From positions 74,276,001-74,340,000 of the forward strand of contig NC_079171.1 in assembly GCF_947568905.1 (NCBI RefSeq): 64,000 nucleotides of DNA, written 5' to 3'. This DNA is from Ostrea edulis. Taxonomy: Eukaryota. Positions 12,555-25,300 of this stretch are shown piece after piece. The notes under the pieces were generated by a model. It was not told the origin of the DNA. It did not search any database and saw only the letters and a list, made by a program, of their open reading frames with translations. A program made the translations under genes and the position numbers. The first letter of the stretch is position 1, and each line of letters begins with the position of its first letter.

Positions 12555-14147
12555 GGGTACCTGTAAAGTGCGAAAGGAAATATAAACGAAACGAAACGAA
12601 GTCTACCGAAACGAACTATACCGAAACGAGACGAAACCCACCCAAACGAAACGAAACCCACCGAAACAAAACGAAATATTATGTAAGCGAACTCTTTTAA
12701 TTATAATGATTAGAATTTGTATCTTAGGCCTCTGTGAAAGTTACCACATATAACTAAAATTCACCTCCCCTTGAAACGAAACCTACCGAAACAAAGCGAA
12801 ATATTGTATAAGCGAACTCTTTTAATTATAATGATTAGAACTTGTATCTTGGGCCTCTGTGAAAGTTACCACACATAAATAAAATTCGCCTCCCCATTGA
12901 TTTAGGCTTTCGGCTTGACTGATACAAAGTTTTAAAAGTTGGAAAGGAGGGGAGGGGGTGAGTAAGCACAAAGTACATATCCGAAGTTGATAAAATACCA
13001 TGTGCAATTAGTTTCGGGTCCATGCATTTCAGAATGGAGGGTCACAGTCCCAAAGGTTTTGAGAAATACATTAATTGAGGGGCGGGGTCGCTGGCGTTGG
13101 ATCCGCATTTAGTCATAGATGCATTGCTTGAAGAAGGTGGTGTCTGAGAAATTTGAAAGCAAGAAAAGTTTCAAACCTCTTATATTATAACAACAGGGGA
13201 TGCTTACTCTTCCTAGGCACCTGATCCCACCTCTGGTGTGTCCAGGGGTCCGTGTTTGCCCAACTATCTATTTTGTACTGCTTGTAGGAGTTATGAGATT
13301 GATCACTGTTCGTTATCTTCACCTTGCATCTAACTGCTAAGGTGCGAGTACTTTCAATGATGGAAAACATTGAATAGTATACCATATTATAGGAATGCAA
13401 TTATTCGAAATTAATATTGATATATAGTGAGTCTAAAGATAATTCCATACATTTGGGGTGTTGCTAAGGCGGGAAATTGACAATGGGACGGAAAACGGAT
13501 TAGTTTTATGCAATGCTATCAGGAGGAGGTGACTGAGATCAGCATTTTGTAAAATCAAAAGGTTTATGGACAAGGGAAGCAGCACTTACTAAGAGAACGG
13601 GGGTGGGGGTCATACTCAGAATCAATACTACCTACAAATACACAATATCCACATGTATACATAAATTTGTCTTTAGAGCAAAATATACTGAAACATGTAT
13701 GTATGCCCAAAGGCGGGTTCAACGCCGACGACCCCGCCCCTCCTTTAGTGTGTTTCCCCAGACCTCTGACCTGTGAGATTGTATTTCTCCGTTCTGAAAT
13801 TGATGGATCGGAAACTAATTGCACATGGTATTTAATCAACTTAATATATGTAATTTGAGCTATTTCACCCCCCCCCCTTCCGACTTTTAAAACTTTGTAT
13901 CAGTCAAGCCGAAAGCCTACATCAAAGGGAATGCGAATTTTCGTTATATGTGGCAACTCTCACAAAGGCTTAATATACCATTTTAGATTATAATAATTAA
14001 AATAATTCAGTTATACAATGTTTTCTTTTGTTATGATAGGTTTCGTTTCCTTTAGGTGGGTTTCGTTTCGTTTCGGTATATTTCGTTTTGTTTCGGTATA
14101 TTTCATTTCTTTTTGTTTCGATTTGGTTTCGCACTTTATAGGTACCC
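12555..14147. mobile_element. Foldback/MITE-like element with long imperfect inverted arms
   Basis: Termini gggtacct(g/a)taaagtgcgaaa at 12555 and its reverse complement ending at 14147. aacgaaac/gtttcgtt subterminal repeats; arms 12820-13030 and 13770-14030 are inverted copies. No clear TSD. Confidence 0.8.
13190..13329 (+). mobile_element. Penelope-like element 3'-end fragment nested in the foldback element
   Basis: caacaggggatgcttactcttcctaggcacctgatcccacc...tcgttatcttcaccttgcat. Confidence 0.9.
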
Positions 14148-15460
14148 ACTAAGGGATAGCCATCAGTAGATTTGTAAGATAATCCAAAGGAACAAGAATG
14201 TGGAGAAGTGCATAGTTACTGTCATTTGCAAATCACACCCAGAACGAGCTATATCTGGTGCAACTGATATTGTATCAACGGAATGTAAAGATCTCTGCAA
14301 CATGCTTCTGGTTCTGTTTGACGGGAAAAATCAGATGACGGCATATTTAGTTTCACAAGTTGTATGACGAGGTACACATAAAGCCACCAAATACATAAAA
14401 GATTATATCTTCTACAATCAGTGATTTTACAGTAATATCAGAACAAAAGAAAGCCCTGTATTTCATGCATTCAGTGGCAATCCTTTAACAAAGCAGACAT
14501 GTTGAGATGTCCTCACTACACTGCCAGATCGGGATAATCTTTACACTTGGAGGATGTAAAAGAGGTACATTATATCATATCAGAATTATGATAACACAAA
14601 CTTTTAAAACAAATAACTTTTCGCTTTTAATTTACATTCATGTAGGTACAAGGACAGACAAATACATATCTATTTTAAGGAGTTATATTTATGTTCTTCC
14701 AGAAATCTTGTCATGGGATTAATATGTAACTGAACCCTGCTATCTTAATCTATTTTTAGGATATTAAGATACTTTCAAAAATTGGTCTTTGTACATCTGA
14801 GCGATGCGTTCAGTTTAACCTATCATCCTGGATTGATATCCTTGATTTGGGAACCCTAGATATAAAATGGGATGGATTGAAGACAAGCCTGTGAAATATT
14901 AAATTATAGGTGATGATTAGGACAACAACATTCTTCCATCGTACAGAACGACTCACAATAAGATGATTTCTTTGCATCTCTTTAATGCTATAGTGATGGT
15001 GAATAAAATCACACCACTGATACATCTAGATGACAATTACGTAAATTTAGAATCAGATGACTCCATATCATCAACACAAGAGCAATAATTACATTCATAG
15101 GAACTTGTATTGGTTGTGTAAACATCTTTAATCAGTAACTTGGATGAACTGCAGGAAGTGTTTGAAGCACTATATCCCAAACACTTACAGCACAAGTACA
15201 GTAATTAAGCTGGAGATAAAACAAGGAACCAATAGTTTACTTTTTTGTACTGAATTTGTATGAGCTTAAATGTTATTATATACAGCCAATAGTGCCGCAT
15301 AAAAAAATATTTACAAATTTACACGTTTCTTTACATGGAATTTTTGAACATCATGTGGATATTTCACATTAATTTAACATATCATGTTTTTGGCACTTTA
15401 GTTTTCCTTTAAGCTCTTACAAATTTATTGTCTTTTCAAATTTAGAACATTTCGGCTTGA

Positions 15461-15504
15461 ACATAACTGAAGAAACATTATTTGTCGAAATGCGCATCTG
15501 GTGC
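15461..15504 (+). ncRNA. Hammerhead ribozyme, degenerate stems
   Basis: acataa CTGAAGA aacattatttgtc GAAA tgcgca TC tggtgc; core intact, stem I and the stem II closing pair mutated. Confidence 0.65.
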
Positions 15505-15813
15505 ATCAAAATTGATACGTCATGAGTTTTGCATAACGACCCCTGGATCGAGGCCTCTGCTGGTGGACTGTTAGTCCCCGAGGGTGTCTACAACCAAGTA
15601 GCTAAATATGTCGTTACTTACTTGAAAATACGGATGCATATTTAATTACTGGGGTAACATTTAGAAATTCATTTCAAAATTAAGGATTACATGTGTATAT
15701 TTTATGCATAGCTCTTATCCTTGTACGAATTTGGCTCCAGTTTTTGTCACTTTAGATTTCATTTTAGCTCTTACTTTTTATTTTCATTTCACATTTCGAA
15801 CATGTCGGCTTGA

Positions 15814-15857
15814 GTATCACTGAAGAGACATTTTTTGTCGAAATGCGCATCCCGTGC
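15814..15857 (+). ncRNA. Hammerhead ribozyme, degenerate stem I
   Basis: gtatca CTGAAGA gacattttttgtc GAAA tgcgca TC ccgtgc. Confidence 0.68.
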
Positions 15858-16959
15858 ATCAAAATTGGTACCGTATACGTTTTACATTGATATTTGTTGG
15901 TACCGTCATGTGAATACCAAGCTGTGTTGCCTGTTTCCCATTTTGTACTTGCATTATCATTATCACTGTTTAAATTATGTTGTACATTCTTTCAGTTTAC
16001 TATTGGGATATTTGATTGTAGCAAGACAAAAACTGCAGAAGTCATCAGAATCTTGAAATACCTGCCTGAGAGATGTGTTTCAGTACAGGACGGACAAATG
16101 GTGGAGGAGGTTTTTTTTATTGAGGTATGTGCTTCTGAACCAGTGATTGACCAACGTTGGTGGGATCAAAACCAGTGGCGAATCCAGAGCGGGTTGTTAA
16201 ATCCGTGTGTAAATATACAAGGAGGAACAAACCAAAACATTATATCGGACGAATACCTAGAGCTGCTCAATAGGGAAATTAAAGACATTGCAGAGAGAAA
16301 TCAAACGAAATAACGCATAATGTCCCACTCAAAGCAATATCCACATTTAATTAAGTATGTAAAATATTTTGACATTATCTCAGAGCTGAAAGCAGGAAAG
16401 GGTTTATATAAATTGCCTGAATACAAGGCTGATATTCACAAGGTAGCCAGAGCTCATAGAAATTGAAGCTTTGAGAAAAAATCTAATCGGAAACTGCACA
16501 CAGCTTTCCACAGACAGAAATCCATTTCTGAATTGTTGCCAAGGGTTGTCAACAATGATTCGGAGATATAAACCGATGCTACCATATGGACGTTTATGTA
16601 ATACACGATTCTAGTTATAAATAAATATGAAAGCCACACATGTTTTTTGTTTGTTTGATGCTTTATATGGTATTGGTTTCCCTGTTTTTGGTAACATATA
16701 CCCTGTTTCCAAATGGGTGTGCAACAAAATATTCCTCTTTTAATTAAAAAAGGTATGCAAAATTTTCTCAATAAATATCATAACTTTATGTTCTTAAATG
16801 ATTTTGAAAAGGGTAGTAAGTGCTAATATTTATGTAAGTAAAAGCAAAATAACAATACTTGTGTTGCATAAGGGCATTTATATACAAAATAAAAGTAAAC
16901 TGGTGATTTGTAATAAACGTACAGAAGATTTTAAATTAAATACAAAAATTTATATTGGC

Positions 16960-17665
16960 CAACATATTTCATTTCTATCATCACTAGCTTCCAACATTTC
17001 GTCACAATCACTTGTTAAGGAGTCACTGTTTACGTCACATACTTCTAATTCACTGTGGTTCACTACGTTGCTATCACGTGAGCTCCATTTCTCAAGACGC
17101 TCAATATTTTCCAACATTTTTTGTACTGGCAGTTTTTCACACTTTCGACATAGACATGTATTACCACTAACGTCACAACAAGTATGCAGATTACACTCAT
17201 ATTTGAGTTTAGTTAGTTGTGGTTCTTCTAGAAAATTAAACATAAATACTTGTCTCCTACAAGTATCTGATTTAAACAAGATTTTTATTTCTATGTCCAC
17301 ATTTCTCAAATGATTAGAATTGTAGAGCATGACGACAACTGATGATAAGGATAGTACAGCATGATGACAACTGGTGATACGAATTGTACAGCATCGTGAT
17401 AACTGATGATTGTGTATCACGCCCAACCCTTTCAACTTTCAGAACTAAATCAACAACATTATGTGGTGGACCATATACAACAACACTTTAACATGTTCCT
17501 ATACCAATCCCCTTGCCAGGGAGACTTGTGGAAAACACTATTTTCTTTGTACTGGTATTATCACGCAAAGCATTTAAAATTGTGTCTTGGTATTCCTCAT
17601 TTGTTTCAGAATGAAATATATCCACAAACTCAGCACAGTCAGGTAACTCATCCACGCCATAGGTA
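16960..17665 (-). pseudogene. RecQ-like SF2 helicase C-terminal and Zn-binding domain remnant (AcademH helicase)
   Basis: Minus strand: VDIFHSETNEEYQDTILNALRDNTSTKKIVFSTSLPGKGIGIGTC*SVVVYGPPHNVVDLVLKVERVGRD (helicase motifs IV-VI), then SDTCRRQVFMFNF...CNLHTCCDVSGNTCLCRKC (RecQ Zn-binding CRR..CCD pattern). Confidence 0.8.
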
Positions 17666-18779
17666 TACAGTTAAGCGGCATCGCTTATAGATTTAAAATG
17701 TGATGGTCTGACACGCCAAAGTGCAATGGTGTGACACGTCGAAATCAATTATTTTTAATGACACAGTGGTTTGGTACAGGGGAACCAACTGTGTGTTGTT
17801 TCACTAAGTAATCAGTGCAAAATCCATGCCAAAAATTAAGAACTTATTTCACTACCATCTAGTTGTCGTGTAATAAACACCTAATTTTCCAACTCAAAAT
17901 CGTATATATTGCTTTGTATTATCACAACCCCCCAGGAATTTAATACCTGTACGTCAAATTAATAAATTATCATGAATTAAAGATTGTTCGGGCGATATAG
18001 AAGATTGGACAACAAATGCACTTTGCCGTTCGCCCTATACTCAACACTGTAAACCTTGTCGTTACTGTCGTACGCGTTGCATTCCTTCGGTTTTATTTTG
18101 AAAGAAGTTAAGACTGATGGAACAATGACATTACGTCACACACGTTACTGAACTCAGCACCATATGCCTTTGGTGTAACTATCGCACTTTGGTGTCCGTA
18201 TCGTTAACAAGCCATCGCACTTTGGCACATACCATCAAACATTGTAGCGAACATCGTAATTTGGAGTCTTACACATATAAGCATAGTCAGTTGGGTAGAT
18301 CCAGAATTATTTGGGGTTGGGGTCGAATATATATTTCATAATAAGTGTATGTGGATGTTGAAATAATATTCTTTGTAATATTTATACGGTATGTATAATG
18401 ATATTATGCTGACATATGTTTGTTCATGTTTTGGTTTACATATAAAGCGCTTAATAGAAATATATATTTAAAGAAAATGAGATGTACCAACACTAGAATA
18501 TATTTAACTGTGTTCAGACCTGACATGTAAATTGAATAAAAAGACTGCTCTAAATGGAACTTTTACTAGTATATTTAACCTAGATGTACACAAAAACATA
18601 GTACGAATCTTGTTTACATAACACAGTCAGAATTGTGAGAGCTGTATCTTTCATGTACAACTTATATCCAAAGTGTTGCTGACCATCAGATATACTTTAG
18701 TTAAGCATTCTACATATCAAAAATGAAAAACTAAAATTTGAAAATGTTCGGTTCAAATCGTGCTCATGCCCCTTTAAGG

Positions 18780-18945
18780 CTTTTAGCAGCGGAGGCTCAT
18801 TTACGTGTCAACACCCGCTGCGACACGTAACCTCTTTGTTACCGTCCTAGGTTTGACGCATCCATTGTATGTGCAGGACTCAAACTCACGGCTTCGTTGT
18901 TACGAAGTGAAAGCTCCAACTAGTAACCGCTGAGCTACAGCGATT
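18780..18945 (-). mobile_element. tRNA-derived SINE remnant
   Basis: Minus strand A box TAGCTCAGCGGT (18926-18937) and B-box-like GTTTGAGTCC (18876-18885), followed by a body related to 8290-8515. Too decayed to be a tRNA gene. Confidence 0.65.
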
Positions 18946-20032
18946 ATAATTTAATATTTCAATATGCTAATTTGTAAGGACAGCTTTATATCTCATTATC
19001 GAGAAAATAAATATAATTTGATCAATCTCGTCAACCCCTTAAGTCGTCATGCCTGTGTACATTGTGTGTGGTCACCATTACTCTGAGACTTGCTTGTAGG
19101 GTGATAGTTATGCTAATGCTATCTTTGAAACTATAGATTGTTTTTAAGTCCTGTAATTGCCACATTATAAAGAATAATTTCAAATAAATTTGGAGTGGAA
19201 ATGTAGGCATCGCTGCATGGGATGTAAAGAGACACATTGATCATCGATCTAATTCTTAATGCTTCTTTATTTGGTTTAAAATCCCATAGTCTATGATAAC
19301 ATATAACTACACATTGCTTGAATGTTGTTTATATCAATATCCAAACACCTAGCATTTTTGTAAAAACAAAAATAAAAGTGACGATAACTTGAAAAACACC
19401 GGTAAGCATCTATATATATATATATCTACATGTATCTCTCTATTATATATAATATTATAATTGTCTGACTATTATTCCCCTTGACTCGCGTGTACATATC
19501 ATTAAACACAACACGTAGATTTGGAATAGTATAATTATCTGACTCTTATTCCCCTAGACTCGTGTGTGCATACCATTAAACACAACACGTAGATTTGGAA
19601 TAGCTGAAAGACATACCACTTGGGCTACTTCAGTGATACCAATTGTTTCTGCAGGTCAACTTCAAGTTCACTCGCAAACTTCTTCAGTTCCCAGATATCC
19701 TTCCAAACGTGATCATGAAGTGTTCATTGTTGAATTTAAGTTGTTGATACCGGGACTTAACACTAGCTGATGGTGTGACATAAATATATTGAAGAATAAT
19801 CATGTTCGATGTCAATCTCCCAACAGCTAGTGGTACTTTTTCGCTGAATGTCAGGGTATCGTTTGAACCCCAAGATCTGTTCCGCTTTCTATATATGGGC
19901 GCAGTTTCAACTATTGTGAAATTTCGGATATACGTGTTAGCCTAATTTATTATGGGATTTATGAGATTTCGTTATATTCGCCCTTTATTGATAACTTATT
20001 TATATTTACTTAAGAGCGTTTATAAACATAGA

Positions 20033-20650
20033 AACAAGAGGCTCACGAGCCATATCGCTCACATCCGTCACCCTGGTCCATAGCAAAATATTTTCCATAT
20101 ATATTTGCAAGCAAACGTTTGGTCCCTATTGCGGCCCCAACCTACCCACGGGGTCTATGATTTTCACAGAATCAGCACTATGTCAGGAAAGCTTTCATGT
20201 GAATGTAAACTTCTGATCCTAAATGGTTCTTGAGTAGATTTTGATAGATTTTCTCTATATATTATTATGTAAATTTATACTTTTCTAGTCGGGTGGTTTT
20301 TGAGAAGAATGTTTTACCCCAGGGACATAGTTTTAACGAACATGAATTTGCACAGTGTAATGAAGCTCTCACGCAAACCTCAGACATCCTGGCCCAGTGG
20401 TTTTTGAGAAGATTTAAAATGACCCACCCCTATTTTGCATTTTTGTTATTATCTCCCCTTTGCAGTGGTGAACTTACATTTCAACAAACTTAGAAGCCTT
20501 TCAGCCATGGACACTTTGTGCTAGGTTTGCTTGAAATTGAACCATTGGTTCTAAAGAAGATGAAAATGTGAAGGAAAACAATTACAACGACAACGCTGAC
20601 GACGACACAGACGAGGATGACACAAACGGACACATTTTCATCAGAAAAAA
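20033..20650 (+). mobile_element. Pearl/CvA-like (Helentron-associated HINE-type) non-autonomous element
   Basis: 5' aacaagaggctcacgagccatatcgctcac; internal duplicated modules (ggttcttgagtagatttt / ggtttttgagaagatttt); acaacgacaacgctgacgacgac microsatellite; 3' ggacacattttcatcagaaaa. Family name from recall. Confidence 0.7.
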
Positions 20651-20829
20651 AAAACCCAAGAAAAAATGCATGCCAACTAGATTTATTTGAAAAAAAATTC
20701 GTTTCATTTTAGCATATTTGGTGGTTGTGCATTTCACTTCAAAGCCAACTGATTTCACTGAGGAGAATGATTGATTGGATACATTAAATTAGTATATTAT
20801 ATCTTGAAAAGTAAATTTAAAGGGGGACA

Positions 20830-20928
20830 CCTCTGGTTTGTCCAAGGGTGCCTGTTTCTCTAACAATCTATTTTAAATTGCTTGTAGGAGTTATGAGATT
20901 GATCACTGTTCGTTATCTTCACCTTTCA
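20830..20928 (+). mobile_element. Penelope-like 3'-end fragment, tail-to-tail with the next copy
   Basis: acacctctggtttgtcc...ttcgttatcttcacctttcac. Confidence 0.85.
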
Positions 20929-20956
20929 CAGAGATAAATTTATCTTCACGTACCCT

Positions 20957-21625
20957 ATGCAAGGTGAAGCTAACGAACAGTGATCAATCTCCTAACTCCC
21001 ACAAGCAATACAAAATAGATAGTTGGGCAAACACGGACCCCTGGACACACCAGATATGGGATCAAGTGCCTAGGAGGAGTAAGCATCCCCTGTTGACCGG
21101 TCACACCCGCCGTGAGCCTCATACCCTGATCAGGTAAACGGAGATATCCGCAGTCAAGTCAGTGTGCCAAGAACAATCGGTATGAAACACGTCAGACAGC
21201 ATTTGACCCAATGCGAGGTTGTATTGACGAACTAGATCGTTATAACGACCATAGAATTTGCGAAATGCTGACTTCAATCGAGACTGTTGAAATCCCTGTA
21301 CCATCAACTTGTTTGTCAGTAGCTTACCTCGATTTAAAAACTGACTATACCCAGAACAAGCTCTTGCATATCGAATCAGTTGAGATATGTAAACACCATA
21401 TGCAGATGATAATGGAATATTGCTACATAAATGTGGGAAGTTGACGATGAAGAAGCTGAAATAATCTCGTTTGTCATACAGTTGAGTTGTCAGTTTGCCG
21501 TTAACGTCTACTTTCAATAAAATATCCAAGTATGAAGTAGAAGTGGACGACTCTGTGGTGTCCTTTATTTCGAGCTCACAGGGATATATCAAATTGACAT
21601 ATGAATGAAAACTATCATTGTTGAT
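20957..21625 (-). mobile_element. 5'-truncated Penelope-like retroelement: RT C-terminus and 3' UTR
   Basis: ORF 21119-21685(-): NNDSFHSYVNLIYPCELEIKDTTESSTSTSYLDILL...YDKRDYF..VNFPHL.SNIP....YGVYISQLIRYARACS; closely similar to 44500-45180. Confidence 0.9.
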
Positions 21626-21965
21626 ATACAAAACGTGTAAAATCACTGTTCGTGTTATAGGATGTTTAATATATGTAACAAGCAATGTATCGCTTGTCTA
21701 AAAATTGACATCTAATAAATATCTTCTATCTTGACAGTTTTCGGTATTGTTTAGGTATTGCTTTTACTAATCAGAGCCTCAGAATTGCAGCTGAGCCAGT
21801 TAATTGTAGATTTCCATTGTCTTTTGTATTCGTAATTGTACATATTATGTTGATAATATAGTTCAAATTTAGTATTGTGCAATTAGAATATTGCAGATGC
21901 ACAGTTTATATTATTATACCTCATATACAGAATCACTAGTAAACCAGAATCTGATTGACCGAGAA

Positions 21966-21977
21966 GGTCACGTGACC
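21966..21977. promoter_or_regulatory. Perfect palindrome GGTCACGTGACC (E-box/CLEAR-like) in a CpG-richer patch
   Basis: Directly visible; function not shown. Confidence 0.25.
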
Positions 21978-22256
21978 GTCGTGTTTGCCCTGCAACAAAA
22001 CGTCGTGCCCCATTCCTTCGGATATATCTTTTGTCAATTTTGTGTCCAGTTAAATGAACAAACCCGAGTGTTCCGAATGACGAAGGCAGCAATAAACTCA
22101 CAGCCTCGTGCATTTCCATATATTGCATGCAAACTAAACGATTTTCGTCACAATAGGACTGTTTGGGGTCAGCTAATCTGCATATTTAAAATCAACAGAA
22201 GTGTTTGAGTTTTTGCAAAAAATGCGAAATACATTAGGTTGGCGCAAAATACTCAT

Positions 22257-22335
22257 TATGAAAGGTGAAGATAACGAACAGTGATCAATTTCACAACTCC
22301 TACAAGCAATACATAATTTATAGTTAGGCAAATAC
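22257..22335 (-). mobile_element. Penelope-like 3'-end fragment
   Basis: atgaaaggtgaagataacgaacagtgatcaatttcacaactcctacaagcaatac...gttaggcaaa. Confidence 0.85.
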
Positions 22336-25300
22336 CCCATGCGATAATTTTAACCCTATTTTCCCCAGAAAGACATACCCTTGAAATTCTCTAGCACCCT
22401 TTTTGAAAAAGTGTTATTTGTTGTTCACTTTTATTTGATACTCAAATTCTTTCCACCATTACACAAGGTATACTAATTTCCGAGAAATATGCATACCTTT
22501 CTGCTGGGAATTAGTCATATTTTTTATGGGCGTTCATTAAAATATCAAAAGCATCTGGCAATTCTCCATGCTGTTATATTCCCTGTTCGGATTTTTGACG
22601 GCAGAGATGCACGTATATGAATTCAAATACATTCATTATGACATGTACTGTTGTGATATAAAGTCACTAGTTAGAATAATCTAACTGTGTCTTGGGACAG
22701 GCCCTCGCCACATTTAAACCGGGTCAGTGGGACATTATCACTTTAACGATAGAACATCCTATGTAGTAAAGCGCTAACAACTGTACCTTCCCCTCATCCT
22801 TAGACACCCAAATAGCAGAGCACTTCGTGTTTATGTTAGCAGCAAGAATATCGTCAATTGTATGATAAATATGTATTTCTATGAATTCTTTTTTTCTGTG
22901 ATGAAATACCATCTGTTTCGTCGACAAGAACAATATAGGTATCGTTACTCTCACCAGTGGCCATATCTGTTTACATGGTTTTAAAAAGATGAATTAAAGA
23001 TATTTTGCAAAACAAAAAGTGATTACCAAATACAAATCAATAGGTTTGCATTTCACGATTTTCTACGTAAATTTTGAATGCATTTTATTTTTATTTTCAG
23101 TTTGACATGTTGGGTAGAATCGGCGGAATTAAAAAAAAGTAGAAATGAGCATTTTATTTTTTTTTCGATTCCCCAGAAATTATGGTCCGCGGACCTTTAA
23201 ACCAAGAAATAAAAAAAAACTGTCACTAAAGACTTGTGGGTCTTTTTTTGTATTGCCACCCCCATTGGTCTTGAACAAAAGTTTGGCAATATATTGAGGG
23301 AGCTCTCTATATTGAAAATCAATTATATTAACAATTTGAATATAGATTATGTACATGATACATGTAGTTGATAAAAATCTGACAGTTGATTAATACATGC
23401 CACTGGGGAGGAACTCTGAGTTTTATATTATTATTATTTATTTAGCAAATAATTATCATAAAAGTGGAAACCACTGGTATGTATCTTTGTACCTAAAATT
23501 GTGATTTCTCATATAAATATAAACAGGTTAAGGCAAAATAATATAGATTTATACTTAATAGCTAAAATATATGTATTATCATTATTTAGTTTGTTGACTT
23601 CTAAAAAGCTTAGTGCTTAAACATGTTGAAACATGCCTTTGATCTTTTGATTGGGCACGCAGCTATTTTTATAAAAATAATAAAGCTAAAAAGATACGAA
23701 AATCAAACTCATTTGTGTGTTTATCACTACAGCAAAAATCTGATGGAAAGCATTGACCATGATTGACACTTGGACGCAACAAATACAACTAGTCCAATAG
23801 CTGAAATATGATCATGCCTTGTATAAATTTATAAACTAAGTGATAGTGATAGGTTTCATTAAATTGGTTTCAAAATCCCCCTTTGTTTTAAAAACATATG
23901 AATACAACAATCTCCATTTCTCCATTTATATTTTGATATAACTTTTATCACATCATCTTTGCTAGCCAAGGGTGACTATACTTGGTGTTTCTCGGGGTGA
24001 AAAGATAAATACTGTATATCGTCACTCTTCCCTAGCGAAGATGGTATCACAAGTGGCAGTTAAATTTAATCCAACTAAAAGCAAAACTCTAATTTGGAAA
24101 GTATAAGATTCAATAGAACATTCATAGAGATGAACCAAAATGGGTAAAACATTTTCATAGAAATAAAGATTTAAAAAAGATCGTTTAAAAATCACAACAG
24201 CTGAACAACAATATACCAAGGTGACTCAAGTGAATGATGTGGCCCATGGACCTCTTGCTAGGGTTACTAGCCAGGCATGTTGTTTAAATATGAGGGACAG
24301 GGGTAATTGTACATGGACCTGTGTGCACTTGCGATGAGTTATATGACTGATGTAATTGAAATAGCTTTAACTGTCATGCTTGTTAGTCGCCTCGCATAGC
24401 GAGCTGCTCCTTGGCATGAGGTCTGTCCTGTGGAATCACCGGTTCACTACCACCCTCATACGCAACTGAATATAGTTTGACTGGTAGTGTGTATTAATTG
24501 ATTTATTAAATGAAATTATTGCTGCGCACATACAATTCTTAATGTTGTCAATGGGATTCACACATTGTTTGTGAAAGAATGTGCAAATAGTTTAGAATCA
24601 AGCACCGATAGCAGGTGTGCAACTGAATACAGTTTGGAGATGAGACTGCAGATATGAAAGCAGACACTGCGTGTCATTCATTGAGTTTAAGATTTGTTAA
24701 CATTATTAGTAAAGTTATGCATGAAATATTCAAGTTTTAGCCAAACAATAATTATGAAAGACTTAAGAAGTCTATCGAAATGATTATATTTTCAATTGCA
24801 CTTGAATATAAGGAGTGTTAGGGTTAGATGAATAACAACTTCAACTTGATATATTGCATTTAACTCTCCGTGAAAATAATTGATATGACAATTCTTGAAG
24901 TAATATTCTAACAGAATGTAAATGAATAAAAAAAACGAACCAGCTAACCTCATTTACATACTCACGTGGTACATTTTCACGGAAATACTTCATGTAAACA
25001 AAACGAAGGAAGATGTGATCAAGATATTTGAAGACTTCAAGAGAATAATTTCTATCGGTACCTGTTACACATTGTTTCTGGACTGTAACTGTTTTGTCGT
25101 TGGCGATAGGGTTTTGATATTTGACATGTACCGATAAATGTGGATATCATGGATAGTGACCTTTGATCTTGAATTTTGAGTCTTGCATGTACATGTTTCA
25201 CCATACTAATTAAAGCTCATAATATGGTGCTGTATACACCCTCCCTTGTTGGAAATCGTGGACGAGTCGACTCTGAGGCACTTCAGGCCTTTGATTTATG

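Larger units (their letters stand above)
15385..15885 (+). mobile_element. Tandem 1.4-mer of the hammerhead-bearing repeat inserted in the AcademH remnant
   Basis: Two same-strand cores with predicted cleavage sites after 15498 and 15851 (353 nt apart). A GC hairpin cctctgctggtggactgttagtccccgagg lies between them. Confidence 0.82.
14165..16560 (+). pseudogene. AcademH-type transposase remnant (multi-exon, stops and internal deletion)
   Basis: Translated pieces: ECKDLC-HASGSV*REKSDDGIFSF; SVAIL*QSRHVEMSSLHCQIGIIFTLGGCKR|gt; ELVLVV..LISNLDEL..LYPKHLQHKYS; TAEVIRILKYL..VEEVFF; CVNIQGGTNQNIISDEYLELLNREIKDI. These match my recollection of Academ transposase motifs, and a RecQ-like helicase lies opposite. 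Confidence 0.68.

Noticed and set aside
18876-18940. tRNA gene (also tRNA-like segments near 50985-51030 and 60260-60300)
   Set aside because: Only box motifs survive, with no complete cloverleaf; these are SINE or MITE remnants.
19590-19770. Minus-strand coiled-coil-like reading (HVWKDIWELKKFASELEVDLQKQLVSLK*)
   Set aside because: It is short, frameshifted and interrupted by a stop, with no recognisable family or partner exons.
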